DNA of 64,000 bases from a virus. Taxonomy: Duplodnaviria > Caudoviricetes. Numbering within the stretch: position 1 is the stretch's first letter; each line of letters opens with the position of its first letter. The stretch lies in the IMG/VR virus record IMGVR_UViG_3300025789_000018. One strand, written 5' to 3'. The translations under genes were made by a program, and so were the position numbers. The notes beneath the pieces are model-generated. The model was not told the DNA's origin and did no database searches. It was given only the letters and a program-made list of their open reading frames with translations. Positions 46,774 through 56,635 of the stretch are shown here, piece after piece.

Positions 46774-47655
46774 TCAAAGTGTATTATATAGTTGACTTAT
46801 AGGAATGCACATATATTCATTTGTTGTTGTATCGTAGACATCTATCATAGTTTCTTCTGCAACACATTCAAATTCCTGTCTCCACTGACGTTCACTGGTG
46901 TTTTTGATATATTCATCTTTGAATGCTTCGTCGCGACCAGGAACGTCTCTCCAGTTAACAGAGCAGCGAACGTATGTGTTACGCCCTTGTTCTGAATCGG
47001 ACCACAACTTATAGAATAAGTTCATCCCATTCGGTGTTGAAGTGATGATAACTTTAGTTGTCTTACCTGAAGTGATCGTAGGATAAACTGAAGCGAAGAA
47101 TGATTCTTGAATGTTGTTGGGAACGAACGCAAACTCATCAAGATATAGAAGTGAGAACGTCTTACCACGAACAGCAGAACCACCTGTGGCTGATGCAAGT
47201 GCCTTTGATCCGTTCTCTAGTTCAATGTCGCCTTCATTCCAACGCTTCACGCCTTGCTGTAACCAGTTGGGAAGATGTTCAAACATCAACTTCACACGGT
47301 TAAGGATTTCTCGTGCCTGCATGTCTTTGTTGGCAAGAATAGCAATAGCATAGTTTTTATTGAAAAGAAGTTTATGAAGCATGTAAGCGCAAACTGTAGT
47401 TGTCTTACCGCACTGGCGAAGTAGTTTACAAATAGAGAAACGATTTGTCTCAAATGTATTGACCATATTCTCCTGAAATGGCCAAAGATTGAAGTTGATT
47501 AGACCGTCGTCAACACTAACAATCTTACAGTATGTTTTGATAAAGTAAATCTGATCTTCAGCACATCTTTTAAACTCTTTTACCTTATCTAAATCCCACT
47601 CAACAGGAACGTTGACGGCTTTTAGATTTTGGTTATTATTATAGTATTCTGCCAT
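46774..47655 (-). CDS. gp17: terminase large subunit N-terminal part, ending in a 30-aa N-intein
   Basis: RQCGKTT, LYLDEFAF, ITSTPNG, RQEFE|CVAEETMIDV...LYNTL*. Confidence 0.92.
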   Translation of the reverse strand: MAEYYNNNQNLKAVNVPVEWDLDKVKEFKRCAEDQIYFIKTYCKIVSVDDGLINFNLWPFQENMVNTFETNRFSICKLLRQCGKTTTVCAYMLHKLLFNKNYAIAILANKDMQAREILNRVKLMFEHLPNWLQQGVKRWNEGDIELENGSKALASATGGSAVRGKTFSLLYLDEFAFVPNNIQESFFASVYPTITSGKTTKVIITSTPNGMNLFYKLWSDSEQGRNTYVRCSVNWRDVPGRDEAFKDEYIKNTSERQWRQEFECVAEETMIDVYDTTTNEYMCIPISQLYNTL

Positions 47656-48092
47656 TATTCACCTTTGAGCAGTTTGTGCAACTCAGCGGTTGTTCCCACA
47701 AATAGGTTGTTAGTTACATTACCAGTAGTCTTTTCTGCTTCTTCTGGTGTTTTGTCCATCTTCTGGATCTCTTTGACTTGCTTGCTTAAGTTCAATAGCT
47801 TCTGGTTAGCTGTCACCAAGCCATTCACCAATGTGCCAACAACTTCGTATGCAGATGCCGACTGAGACTGCTTTGCGAACTCCAGCATGTCGGTGAGTGC
47901 TTCCTGACCAGCTTCGATGATGTCATAGAGATTCTTACGCGCAAAGTCGTAATCGTTCTCTGCATTGGTTTGCGATTCGTCTTGAACAAGAATAGCCTGT
48001 GTAGGCAACTTCTTTGTCGGAAACCCAACCGAGTCGTTCATTGGGCTAAGGCCTAGTTTTTGTGAAATGATTTGATTATTCGCTATTTTCAT
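47655..48092 (-). CDS. gp16: terminase small subunit
   Basis: DYDFARKNL, AYEV, NNLFVGTTAELHKLL. Confidence 0.9.
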   Translation of the reverse strand: MKIANNQIISQKLGLSPMNDSVGFPTKKLPTQAILVQDESQTNAENDYDFARKNLYDIIEAGQEALTDMLEFAKQSQSASAYEVVGTLVNGLVTANQKLLNLSKQVKEIQKMDKTPEEAEKTTGNVTNNLFVGTTAELHKLLKGE

Positions 48093-48095
48093 ATA

Positions 48096-49109
48096 TCACC
48101 CGATGTTTGTAAACCAATCGTAAATGAAGCCATAGTTGCTGTTAGCTTCAATCTGAGACAGTGGAATAGAAATAGATGCATTGCTTGTTGGATTGCCATT
48201 TGCATCAAGACCAGGAGTAATCTGTACATATTCTGCAATAAGAGAGTTGCCAGAAGTTGTAAAGGTTACGTTAGAGTTTAAACCAGTATATATGTTGCTA
48301 AGTGAAACCGATGTCGTATTTACCGCGGTTACTGTTGTATTTGCTGGCAATCCTTGAACGTTTGCTGTAATCCTAGAACCAACATCGATAGCATCAATAT
48401 CGGCATTTGTAAAGATTGTGTTACTGCCGTTACTGATTGTGCCAACAAAAGTATCACTATCACCAGATACACGGAAGTTGATATCAACAGTATTGATGAC
48501 GCCCTGTGTTGAGATTGGACCAAAGATATAGCCTTTGAGAACGAACTGAAGTTCCCAAATGATAGCATAGCGGTCATTGAAACTGGCTTCGTAAGTATCT
48601 TCATACTGAATGTTTTTTAAAACAACAGGAATATCCATCACAATACCCATTTCTGGAATGAGATTGATCGCTGTTGTCCACTCTGGCTTGAAGAATGGCA
48701 AAATCTGTTCTACAATGCGACAAGCATCATCGGCGTTTCTAGCAAGAATCGATAGATCGATGTTAAAGTTGTACGGAACAGGATTGTACTGATACCCGAG
48801 TGTGTTGCCCATATTTGTTAGATTGACATTCTTGCCAACCGTGTTTAACTTACGCGATGAATCGTATTCAACACTTTTGATTTCAAAAGACATTCTAGGT
48901 AGAACCTGATTGACCTGGCGTAGCAAGTCTGGGTTCTCTTGAAGTCGAACGAGATAACGATCTTTTGGACCATATGATAGTGGCACTTTCAGCGTATCAA
49001 CAGCATCTCCTGCTTCATTGACGCGATCAATGAGAATGTCATTGAACAACGAACCAAACAGAACAATATACTTTCTGATACTGCCAAAATAAAAGTTGTT
49101 GCCAAACAT
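48096..49109 (-). CDS. gp15: tail terminator/sheath stabilizer
   Basis: FGSLFNDI, KVPLSYGPK, LPRMSFE, PVPYN, EQILPFF. Confidence 0.93.
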   Translation of the reverse strand: MFGNNFYFGSIRKYIVLFGSLFNDILIDRVNEAGDAVDTLKVPLSYGPKDRYLVRLQENPDLLRQVNQVLPRMSFEIKSVEYDSSRKLNTVGKNVNLTNMGNTLGYQYNPVPYNFNIDLSILARNADDACRIVEQILPFFKPEWTTAINLIPEMGIVMDIPVVLKNIQYEDTYEASFNDRYAIIWELQFVLKGYIFGPISTQGVINTVDINFRVSGDSDTFVGTISNGSNTIFTNADIDAIDVGSRITANVQGLPANTTVTAVNTTSVSLSNIYTGLNSNVTFTTSGNSLIAEYVQITPGLDANGNPTSNASISIPLSQIEANSNYGFIYDWFTNIG

Positions 49110-49828
49110 TAAATCACATCTCCGAATGGATTGGTTATACTAAAGTCCACAAACGTATTTGCCAAAGCTACAAACTCTTCATTCTGTGTTGATGGATCGA
49201 TTTCATCTAGAACAAAAGTTTCGTTGACAATATCATAACCAGCTTCGGTAATAAGATCGTAACTTGCTTCGGTGAGATACCAGAAGTTACTGTCTGCCAC
49301 TGAATAGTTCTGTTGGATCGAATCGATGTTTGCGATGCCAGTGTTGAACTGTTCCGAATCGTAGTTGAACTTCTCTAGCTGCAACTCAAAGTATTGTAGC
49401 GATCCAGTCTGGTAGAAGGATCTTTCATGTTCAACGAACTTGATTTCAAAAATACCAGTTGTGAATGGAAAGTAAACAAGATCACCTTCTTGTGGGCGAA
49501 TCAAGTTGTATATGCTACCAATGTCTTGTGCGAACCTGCGACGACTCACCGATAGTGTAAGTTTGTCTGCTACGTTTAGACCGAACTTGCTGAGTAGATC
49601 GCCTTCACCTTGGAAACCTTCATAATCATTAATATACATTTCAAGTGGAATAGCCACGTTAAATGAAGACGTTGGTGCTTCATCAAATAACTTATCAATA
49701 TAGTTTGTTGTTCTCGGAAGATAATAGCAATCGATACCAAAAATCTGAATCATTTCGTCTGCTAGATTCTGTAGCAGATTCTGCTCAGGATTGTAATCAG
49801 AGTTTCGAAAGAAAAACGATGTCGGCAC
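49109..49828 (-). CDS. gp14: neck protein
   Basis: EQNLLQNL, GIDCYYLPR, GDLLSKFG, RPQEGDLVYFP, FEIKFVEHE; GTG start. Confidence 0.93.
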   Translation of the reverse strand: MPTSFFFRNSDYNPEQNLLQNLADEMIQIFGIDCYYLPRTTNYIDKLFDEAPTSSFNVAIPLEMYINDYEGFQGEGDLLSKFGLNVADKLTLSVSRRRFAQDIGSIYNLIRPQEGDLVYFPFTTGIFEIKFVEHERSFYQTGSLQYFELQLEKFNYDSEQFNTGIANIDSIQQNYSVADSNFWYLTEASYDLITEAGYDIVNETFVLDEIDPSTQNEEFVALANTFVDFSITNPFGDVI

Positions 49829-49928
49829 TTTTGATGATCCTAAAGATTGTTTTATGTTCTATTTATAGAATATCTATTGACAATCTTTAGGATCAGTGTA
49901 TACTCAGTAATGTACTGTAAGATATAGG

Positions 49929-50633
49929 TTAGGTAGTATATCCAGCATCTATTAGTGTATTCCACTTTTCAGTGTTTGGTTTAGCCATCTTTCTGATGCC
50001 ATCTTTGTACAATGCTCGTCTGCCACTCATAGAATCTGATTGTTTCTTTTTTTGATCTTCACTCTTCGGAACATCTTTCATTCTATTAGAAACCGAAACT
50101 CTATGATTTTCAGATTTATTATACTCAATCATTCTTTCTCTGGATGCCTGTATATCCTCTTGTGTTTGAGGAGGAAGTATTCTTTTTGACATCCCTATAT
50201 TAAACTTTTCAATATATGAAGGATTGGATTTCTGTTCTAAAGCTTTTCTTCTTATCTTTTCTTTATGTTCTTTTGTCTTAGCAATGCCTTTGCCCGTTGT
50301 GTTCTTTTGTATTTTGGTAAGAACTCCCTTTTCATAATCTATAAACTTTGCTGTGTTTCCACCATCTAATCCGTTCTCTTCTCTTAAGTTTGCCCATAGA
50401 TCAGATTCAACTATATTATTTTCTTTTGAGAACTTTAAAGCAAACTCTGTCGCTTCATGTTGATTTTTGAAATGAAACGTTTCTAGCGTAATATGCTTTG
50501 CATTATGTTTGCTTAAGTGTGATTTCCAATAAACACCAGAACCGCCATATGCATATGGATTATCTTGCTCTGTTTTGCCAAAATACTTTAAATCACAGTG
50601 AGAACACTGTTTGACGTATAGATAAATATTCAT
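49929..50633 (-). mobile_element. GIY-YIG homing endonuclease (CxxC subtype) between gp13 and gp14
   Basis: IYLYVKQCSHCDLKYFGKT, YGGSGVYW, WANLREENGLDGG; TATAAGTA at 50692. Confidence 0.87.
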
Positions 50634-50733
50634 GCTGATTCTCCTGCATAGAGTTAGTGTGGGTGGATGCTCTAACATCGTGACCCACAACTACTTATAC
50701 AAATAGAAATCTTCAATCATATCACAGACGGGT

Positions 50734-51474
50734 TTATCCGATCATGTCCGCGCAAGGCAATGACCACGTGGTATACATCTCTTGTTCTAGCCTATCAATC
50801 TCTTTTTGAGCATCATCTCTGATCTTATCACCGTTAAACTTGTTTCCACCTGGTAGATTGATACCTGTATACTTTGTTAAGTTGTCGCCCCATTGACGCT
50901 TGACTAGTGCAGCAGCATATTGTGTCAACCAACGATCTGACCATACTCCACCATATACGGTTGGATCAATGATCTGATATGCTTCAACGATTAAGAAGCT
51001 TCCTGGTTGTACAATGTCCCAAGCCATATCTAGATATAGAATGTTGTTGTAACGATTGAAGCGAAGTGGCTGTTGACCGACTAGAAGCTGTTCAAGAAAC
51101 TGAATATGCTGCATAGCAAGATAGTATGGTACCATCGTTGTAGCAGTCAAGTCATATAGATCGTTCAATGTGATCTGATAACGAATGTTGAACAGATTAT
51201 TTGATGACAACGATTCACCAACAGGGAATAGATTGACTGCACCAATGATGTTCGATGGTAGAGTGATATACTGATTTTCAATATCAGTTGGAGTTACCTG
51301 ATACTTGTAATAGGTCTTTTCAGAACCTTCGAAGTGATAGTCCCAGAAGAATGTCAAAGCTTCATCAATACGATCAGAAACTTGATCGTCATCAACGTTG
51401 ATATCAATAACAGGCGCACCTAGACGGCGAAGAATGTAATATTTAAATTCATCCCTATTAGTAGGTATTGACAT
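50734..51474 (-). CDS. gp13: neck protein
   Basis: LRRLGAPVIDINVDDDQV, DYHFEG, KRQWGDNLTKY, LPGG. Confidence 0.93.
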   Translation of the reverse strand: MSIPTNRDEFKYYILRRLGAPVIDINVDDDQVSDRIDEALTFFWDYHFEGSEKTYYKYQVTPTDIENQYITLPSNIIGAVNLFPVGESLSSNNLFNIRYQITLNDLYDLTATTMVPYYLAMQHIQFLEQLLVGQQPLRFNRYNNILYLDMAWDIVQPGSFLIVEAYQIIDPTVYGGVWSDRWLTQYAAALVKRQWGDNLTKYTGINLPGGNKFNGDKIRDDAQKEIDRLEQEMYTTWSLPCADMIG

Positions 51475-52075
51475 TTTCTATATTCCTCTTTGTCTTATAC
51501 TTCTTGTTGTTTTCACCAACTTCTGGTCTAATCTTTCCGTGCATAGGATTATTAACGCCAGACATTCTTTCAGACATTTTACGTTTTCTTTCCTCTGACC
51601 ATTTTGTTCCTTTCATAGGATTGTTGGTCAGTGCTTTTTGTCTTCTTTTTTCTATTATGTCCGGTCTTTTATTGAACTCTACAGTATCTGGTCTTTTTCT
51701 TCCATACATAGGATTCTTTTCACCTACGTGTTGTCCTGTTCTGGTTTTACTTATATTGCTTTTAACTTCTTCTGTAAATATGACAGCACGACCGTCGTGT
51801 TTGTTTAACCACACATTATTGGTTTCTCTAATTTTCAATCTTCTTAAAACTTTATGTTCCCATTCTATAGAATCTTTAGCATCTTTGAACGTTTTTCTTA
51901 TCTCGAACTCAAAAGAATCGTCGCCATATTCTTTTCTTAGTGATTTAACGACATTAGAAGATGTGAAATACTTTGTCCAGAAATCGTCAGGATGACATCC
52001 TTCTTTATATCTTACACCATAATAGAACATATTTGTCGGTATATGATGTAGTAAGTAGGTATATGGTGTTGTCAT
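51458..52075 (-). mobile_element. GIY-YIG homing endonuclease inserted in the 5' end of gp13
   Basis: PYTYLLHHIPTNMFYYGVRY, YFTSS, WEHKVLRRL, WLNKHDG, KNPMYGRK repeats. Confidence 0.85.
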
Positions 52076-52143
52076 ATAACAGGAGCGCCAAGTCTTCTGA
52101 GTAGATAGTATTTGAACTGTTCTCTTGAGTTTGGAACTGCCAT
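52072..52143 (-). pseudogene. orphan duplicate of the gp13 N-terminus (23 codons)
   Basis: MAVPNSREQFKYYLLRRLGAPVI* versus gp13 MSIPTNRDEFKYYILRRLGAPVI. Confidence 0.85.
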
Positions 52144-52174
52144 TGCTTCTTCCTATTGTTTATTGTTATTTATG

Positions 52175-52489
52175 TTATAACCATTGACCAAGAAGATCAT
52201 CAACATGTGGCATAGGATTACGATATAAGTTCAATATGACTGTATTGTCTTCTAGTGCTTTGATTTCGTGATGTTGTTTATCATCGGTGTAATATAAAAA
52301 ATCTCCAGTATTGGCTTTATATAACCACTCTTTGTCTGGACCATATGCTTCTATACTGCCGTTGATAACAACTGTATCATGATAGTTCTTTGGTCCATGT
52401 TGATGCATCTCTAATACATCTTCAGCTTTTGCGAATACCATTTTTAGCCAATATACATTTTCATGTTTTTGGAATTGAGATTTGATCAT
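52175..52489 (-). CDS. cupin-like protein
   Basis: LEMHQH..NYHDTVVINGSI, HHEIKALEDNTV. Confidence 0.6.
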   Translation of the reverse strand: MIKSQFQKHENVYWLKMVFAKAEDVLEMHQHGPKNYHDTVVINGSIEAYGPDKEWLYKANTGDFLYYTDDKQHHEIKALEDNTVILNLYRNPMPHVDDLLGQWL

Positions 52490-53127
52490 TATGAGTATGT
52501 AAAAGTAACTTGTCCAGCAGCACCAGCACCGCCTACGTTTCCGTTAGGATTACTAAAGTTACCGCCCGCACCACCACCACCTGGCGGATTACCAGACGAT
52601 CCTTTTGTAGTCTGAGTAGCGCCACCGTTAGGAGATGCCGCGCCATTTGATGTTTGTCCACCACCACCGCCGCCTGATGTATTAACGTCTCCTCCACTAG
52701 CTGTTCCTCCTGTGCCCTGAAATGCAGTACCAGATCCAGCAGCACCACCAGTGCCACCGTTTGCAGTCAGAGAGAAAGAAGTAGTAAATGTATTCTGAGA
52801 AGATGTTGTCGTTCCTCCTGTGCCTCCAGCTGCGGAACTGCCGGCGCTACCAGCAGTTCCAACTGCATAGTTTAACGTTTGACCCCAGTTTGAAGAAGTT
52901 AGAGATATAGTTTTTTTTGAGTAAGCACCTGCTCCGCCGCCACCGCCAGGTTGAGTTATACAAATATTGCTACCATGACCACCACCACCGCCAGCACCCC
53001 AAGTTTCAATAACTACTTGTGATGCTCCAGTAGGAATAGAATCAGTTCCACTGCCTGATGTGTATGTTCTTGTTACTGGCGGAAAGTATTTCTTCGAACC
53101 AAGAAACGCCATCTGAATACCACTCAT
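52489..53127 (-). CDS. glycine-rich fibre-associated protein (adhesin-like) 1
   Basis: WGAGGGGG and multiple poly-Gly blocks; follows fibre 53129..56584. Confidence 0.7.
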   Translation of the reverse strand: MSGIQMAFLGSKKYFPPVTRTYTSGSGTDSIPTGASQVVIETWGAGGGGGHGSNICITQPGGGGGAGAYSKKTISLTSSNWGQTLNYAVGTAGSAGSSAAGGTGGTTTSSQNTFTTSFSLTANGGTGGAAGSGTAFQGTGGTASGGDVNTSGGGGGGQTSNGAASPNGGATQTTKGSSGNPPGGGGAGGNFSNPNGNVGGAGAAGQVTFTYS

Positions 53128-53128
53128 A

Positions 53129-56100
53129 TTATGATACTCCTGCTCCACCAACAAACCATCTATCAACAGCAACACGAATGCAAGTTGCAGTTGCACCAGC
53201 AACTAGAGTTCTGCTTCCTGTTGTTGTAGTTCCCGCTAACTGGATTGTAACGTTACCAGCACCAGCAATCGTAAGTGTGGCAGTATTGCCATTGATTATG
53301 CTGATAGCAGCACCATTCGCCCAAGCAACTGTGGCGTTATTGGCAATAGTGTATGTCAAAGTTCCTGTATTGGCTGCATTGAAGATATGACCACCAGAAT
53401 CTGATGCTGCTGTTGTATAGCTTGTATTCTGAATATTCTGTGGAATATCTCTGTAGCCAACTGCATATGCACCAGCACCATAGTTGACTGTTGTGCCTCC
53501 ACCAGTGAATGCTTGGTTACCAGAGATTGTGTAGTTGCCTGAAGTGTTGACATAGCTTGCAGCCGCAACACCACCGAGATTTGTTGCATTGTTTGATGTC
53601 AACGTAGCTACATTCGCAGCAAGTGTTGAGTTTAGTTGATAAGAAGCTGCTGAGACACCACCGAGATTTGTTGCATTGTTTGCAGTGCCAGCAGTAAATG
53701 ATAGTCCTGTACCAGTTAGACCTGAACCAGAACCAGTAAATGTAGTTGCCGTTACTGTGGTAAATGTAGCAGAGTTTGCGGTAGTACCACCAATAGCAGC
53801 AGGAGAAGCCCAAGAATATCCTGCAAACAAAGTAGCATTCGCCGCTGTACCACTAATACCTAAGCCGTTTGTTGAGTTTGCATAAGCTTGGCTTGTATTC
53901 GCGACAGCATTAGCAACAGCATTTGTGAATGCGGTAGCTGCAATAGTTGCTGCATATGATGTTGCGTTTGTGTAAGCTGCCGAAGCATTGCTTGTGATAG
54001 CTGTATTGACAGTTCCTAATGAAACACCACCAAGCTGTACTGCATTTACACTCGTTACACTAGCGCCATTACCAGAAATGTTATTAGCATAAAGATTCCA
54101 GACAAAGCTTGTGTTGCCTAGATTTAGATTATTCGCAGCAGGAATAAACGCAACGTTTGATTGCCATGCAGGAATAGCTGAGTTGTAAATCAAGTTAGCA
54201 AATGTGCCAACAACAATACCAGCATTGTTTGATGTAATGGCATTCGTTGCACTGTTCGCAAGTACAAGATTTAAATCATTTGTTGTGATAACAGTTGAGT
54301 TGATGAATGTTGTAGTACCAGCAAGTGTTAGATTTCCAGTGACAGTCAAGTTACCAGAAACAGTAGCACCACCCGAGACGTTTAGACTTGCTGCATTTAG
54401 TGTGGTAAAGTTTGCTGTGTTTGCTGTAGTTGTACCAATAGAACCTGGAGCAGCCCAAGCAGCACTATTGAGCGTGAAACCATTGGTCGAGTTTGCCCAT
54501 GAGCCAGGATTTGTTGTTGCAATATATGCTGTATTGACTGAAACACCAGTGGCTGATACTGCAATACTGTTATCCGCATTTGCAACATAGACTGTGCCCG
54601 ATGATGTGATAGTACCACCATTCAAGCCATTGGCAAAAGCAATAGATGTGACTGTTCCTGGATTTGTTGTTACTGTACCCCAATAAACACCACTGATCGA
54701 GTTCGACATTAGAACTTTGCCAGAAGCACCAGACAATGCACCGTTTGCTAGAACAATCGAGGTTGTGCTGAATACAAAACCATTTGCAATAGTATTGCCT
54801 GTGAATGTTGTATTGCCTGCAATCGTGAAAGCGGCTGTTGTGTTTACGATGTTTGTTGGAAGCTGTGCATATGGCAAAGTACCAGATGACATGTTTGATG
54901 CATTGGTATAATAACTAGCTGGCTGACCATTGAAGTTGGTTGAGTTATTTGCAGTAAGTGTTGCTACGTTTGTAGATAGACCAGCAGTTGTCTGATAGTT
55001 TCCTAGATTTGCTGATAGTTGTGCGTTAGATACAACATTAGCGGCTGATACAGAACCTACAAAGTTTGCGCTATTTGATGTGCCAGTAAATGTTGTTGAG
55101 TTGATCGTAGCATTGACAGATGCGTTGCCGATAACGATTGTGTTTGTGTTTACAGCAACACTATTCGCTGCTGTTCCAACATAAACATTTGACGACGCAT
55201 TAACAAAGCCAGCATTTAGATTGCCAGAGACAGTTGTTGCTATTACGTTTGTGACGTAAATATTTGACCAAACATAACCAGTATTACCGAGTGTGTATGT
55301 GACGTTTGCTCCAGGAATGAAACTACCATTAGCAACGACTGTGTTTGAGTAAGTAACTGCACCAGTAACGTATAGATTGCCTGATACTGTAACATTAGCA
55401 GAAAAGGTAGAGTTGCCTGTGACGTTCAATAGACCACCGACTGTGACATTAGCAGTAGCATTTACCTGAGCAGTATTGACTACTATAGCAGCAACGTTAG
55501 CTGTAACTGTTGTTGCCGAAACTGTTGTCGCAATAACATTCGCTGTGACTGTGGTACCAACCAAGTTAGCATTGACTGTTGTTGCATTCAACGTTGTGGC
55601 ATTTACAGTTGTTGTATTGACGTTGCCTACGTTGGCGAGACCAGTTACTGTGATTGTCCCTGGAGTAAGAGTAGTAACGACAGATGTATTGCCAAGAACA
55701 ACTGATGTTGTATTTGCTGAGAAACCATTTGTAGTACCGATTGTGCCAATAAGCAATGCGCCTGTAGCATTTGCAACAGCTACACCAGAAGAGTTGATTA
55801 CAACATTACCAGCAGCAACAACACTAGCATTTGACGCATAGACTGTTGTGGTAGAAACGTTTGCCGTTGCATTAACAATCGATGTGACCACCGCTGTTGA
55901 GTTGATTACTGAGTTGGCAGTTGAGTTGCCAATAACAACGTTTGATGCGGTTAGAACACCACTTGTGTTTGTTGTTAGATTATAAAGTGCTTCTACAACT
56001 GAGTTGCCATATCCATAAACTGTGCTATTACCAACATTGGCAGAAGATGAGTTGATTAGATATACACTGGTGTTTACCCCACCAGCCGCAGTAACTAAAG

Positions 56101-56584
56101 CGTCATATGTAGAGTTGCCAAAGCCATATGCTGTGGAGTTACCTGTAAAGAAGTGTGTTGTATTGATCTGTGTGTTTACGGTACTGTTACCTAAAGTAAC
56201 TAGTGTTGCGTTTGCAGAGAAACCTTGAGTTGTTCCAATAGTTGAAACAAGAAGAGATCCAGTAGCATTTGCAACAGATACGCCAGAAGAGTTGATAACA
56301 ACATTACCAGCAGCAACAACACTAGCATTTGTGGCATAGACTGTAACAGTGTTGACATTGATTGTAGAGGTAAGAGAACCAGTGACGTTTACGTTTGCAC
56401 CAGCATTCACTGTACCAGTGATTACAACGTTGCCTTGAACGTTTGCTGTACCAGTAACAGTAAGAGCAGCATCGGGAGAAGTGTTATTGATACCTACGTT
56501 AGTCGTACCACCCACAGCATAGATTAGACTGCCATTAGCGATGATACCATTCTTTGCGATGAATGTTGAGTTAGTAGATGACAT
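53129..56584 (-). CDS. long tail fibre / receptor-binding protein
   Basis: 1151 aa, N/T/A/V/S/G-rich with internal repeats, NVGI..TSP.A.L.V.G motif. Confidence 0.75.
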   Translation of the reverse strand: MSSTNSTFIAKNGIIANGSLIYAVGGTTNVGINNTSPDAALTVTGTANVQGNVVITGTVNAGANVNVTGSLTSTINVNTVTVYATNASVVAAGNVVINSSGVSVANATGSLLVSTIGTTQGFSANATLVTLGNSTVNTQINTTHFFTGNSTAYGFGNSTYDALVTAAGGVNTSVYLINSSSANVGNSTVYGYGNSVVEALYNLTTNTSGVLTASNVVIGNSTANSVINSTAVVTSIVNATANVSTTTVYASNASVVAAGNVVINSSGVAVANATGALLIGTIGTTNGFSANTTSVVLGNTSVVTTLTPGTITVTGLANVGNVNTTTVNATTLNATTVNANLVGTTVTANVIATTVSATTVTANVAAIVVNTAQVNATANVTVGGLLNVTGNSTFSANVTVSGNLYVTGAVTYSNTVVANGSFIPGANVTYTLGNTGYVWSNIYVTNVIATTVSGNLNAGFVNASSNVYVGTAANSVAVNTNTIVIGNASVNATINSTTFTGTSNSANFVGSVSAANVVSNAQLSANLGNYQTTAGLSTNVATLTANNSTNFNGQPASYYTNASNMSSGTLPYAQLPTNIVNTTAAFTIAGNTTFTGNTIANGFVFSTTSIVLANGALSGASGKVLMSNSISGVYWGTVTTNPGTVTSIAFANGLNGGTITSSGTVYVANADNSIAVSATGVSVNTAYIATTNPGSWANSTNGFTLNSAAWAAPGSIGTTTANTANFTTLNAASLNVSGGATVSGNLTVTGNLTLAGTTTFINSTVITTNDLNLVLANSATNAITSNNAGIVVGTFANLIYNSAIPAWQSNVAFIPAANNLNLGNTSFVWNLYANNISGNGASVTSVNAVQLGGVSLGTVNTAITSNASAAYTNATSYAATIAATAFTNAVANAVANTSQAYANSTNGLGISGTAANATLFAGYSWASPAAIGGTTANSATFTTVTATTFTGSGSGLTGTGLSFTAGTANNATNLGGVSAASYQLNSTLAANVATLTSNNATNLGGVAAASYVNTSGNYTISGNQAFTGGGTTVNYGAGAYAVGYRDIPQNIQNTSYTTAASDSGGHIFNAANTGTLTYTIANNATVAWANGAAISIINGNTATLTIAGAGNVTIQLAGTTTTGSRTLVAGATATCIRVAVDRWFVGGAGVS

Positions 56585-56635
56585 TTCGGTTCCCTCTCCC
56601 CGATTGATATTCTACTTATTTATAACAAACAAACA

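Noticed and set aside
46172-46866. Intron in the terminase gene
   Set aside because: Both halves carry clear intein blocks and have their own start and stop codons, so protein trans-splicing explains the arrangement.
49877-49904. Plus-strand TTGACA-N16-TATACT promoter antisense to the endonuclease
   Set aside because: It lies within the arm of the 16-bp inverted repeat, has no downstream ORF and lacks the GAATC signature. Coincidence cannot be excluded, so it is not claimed.
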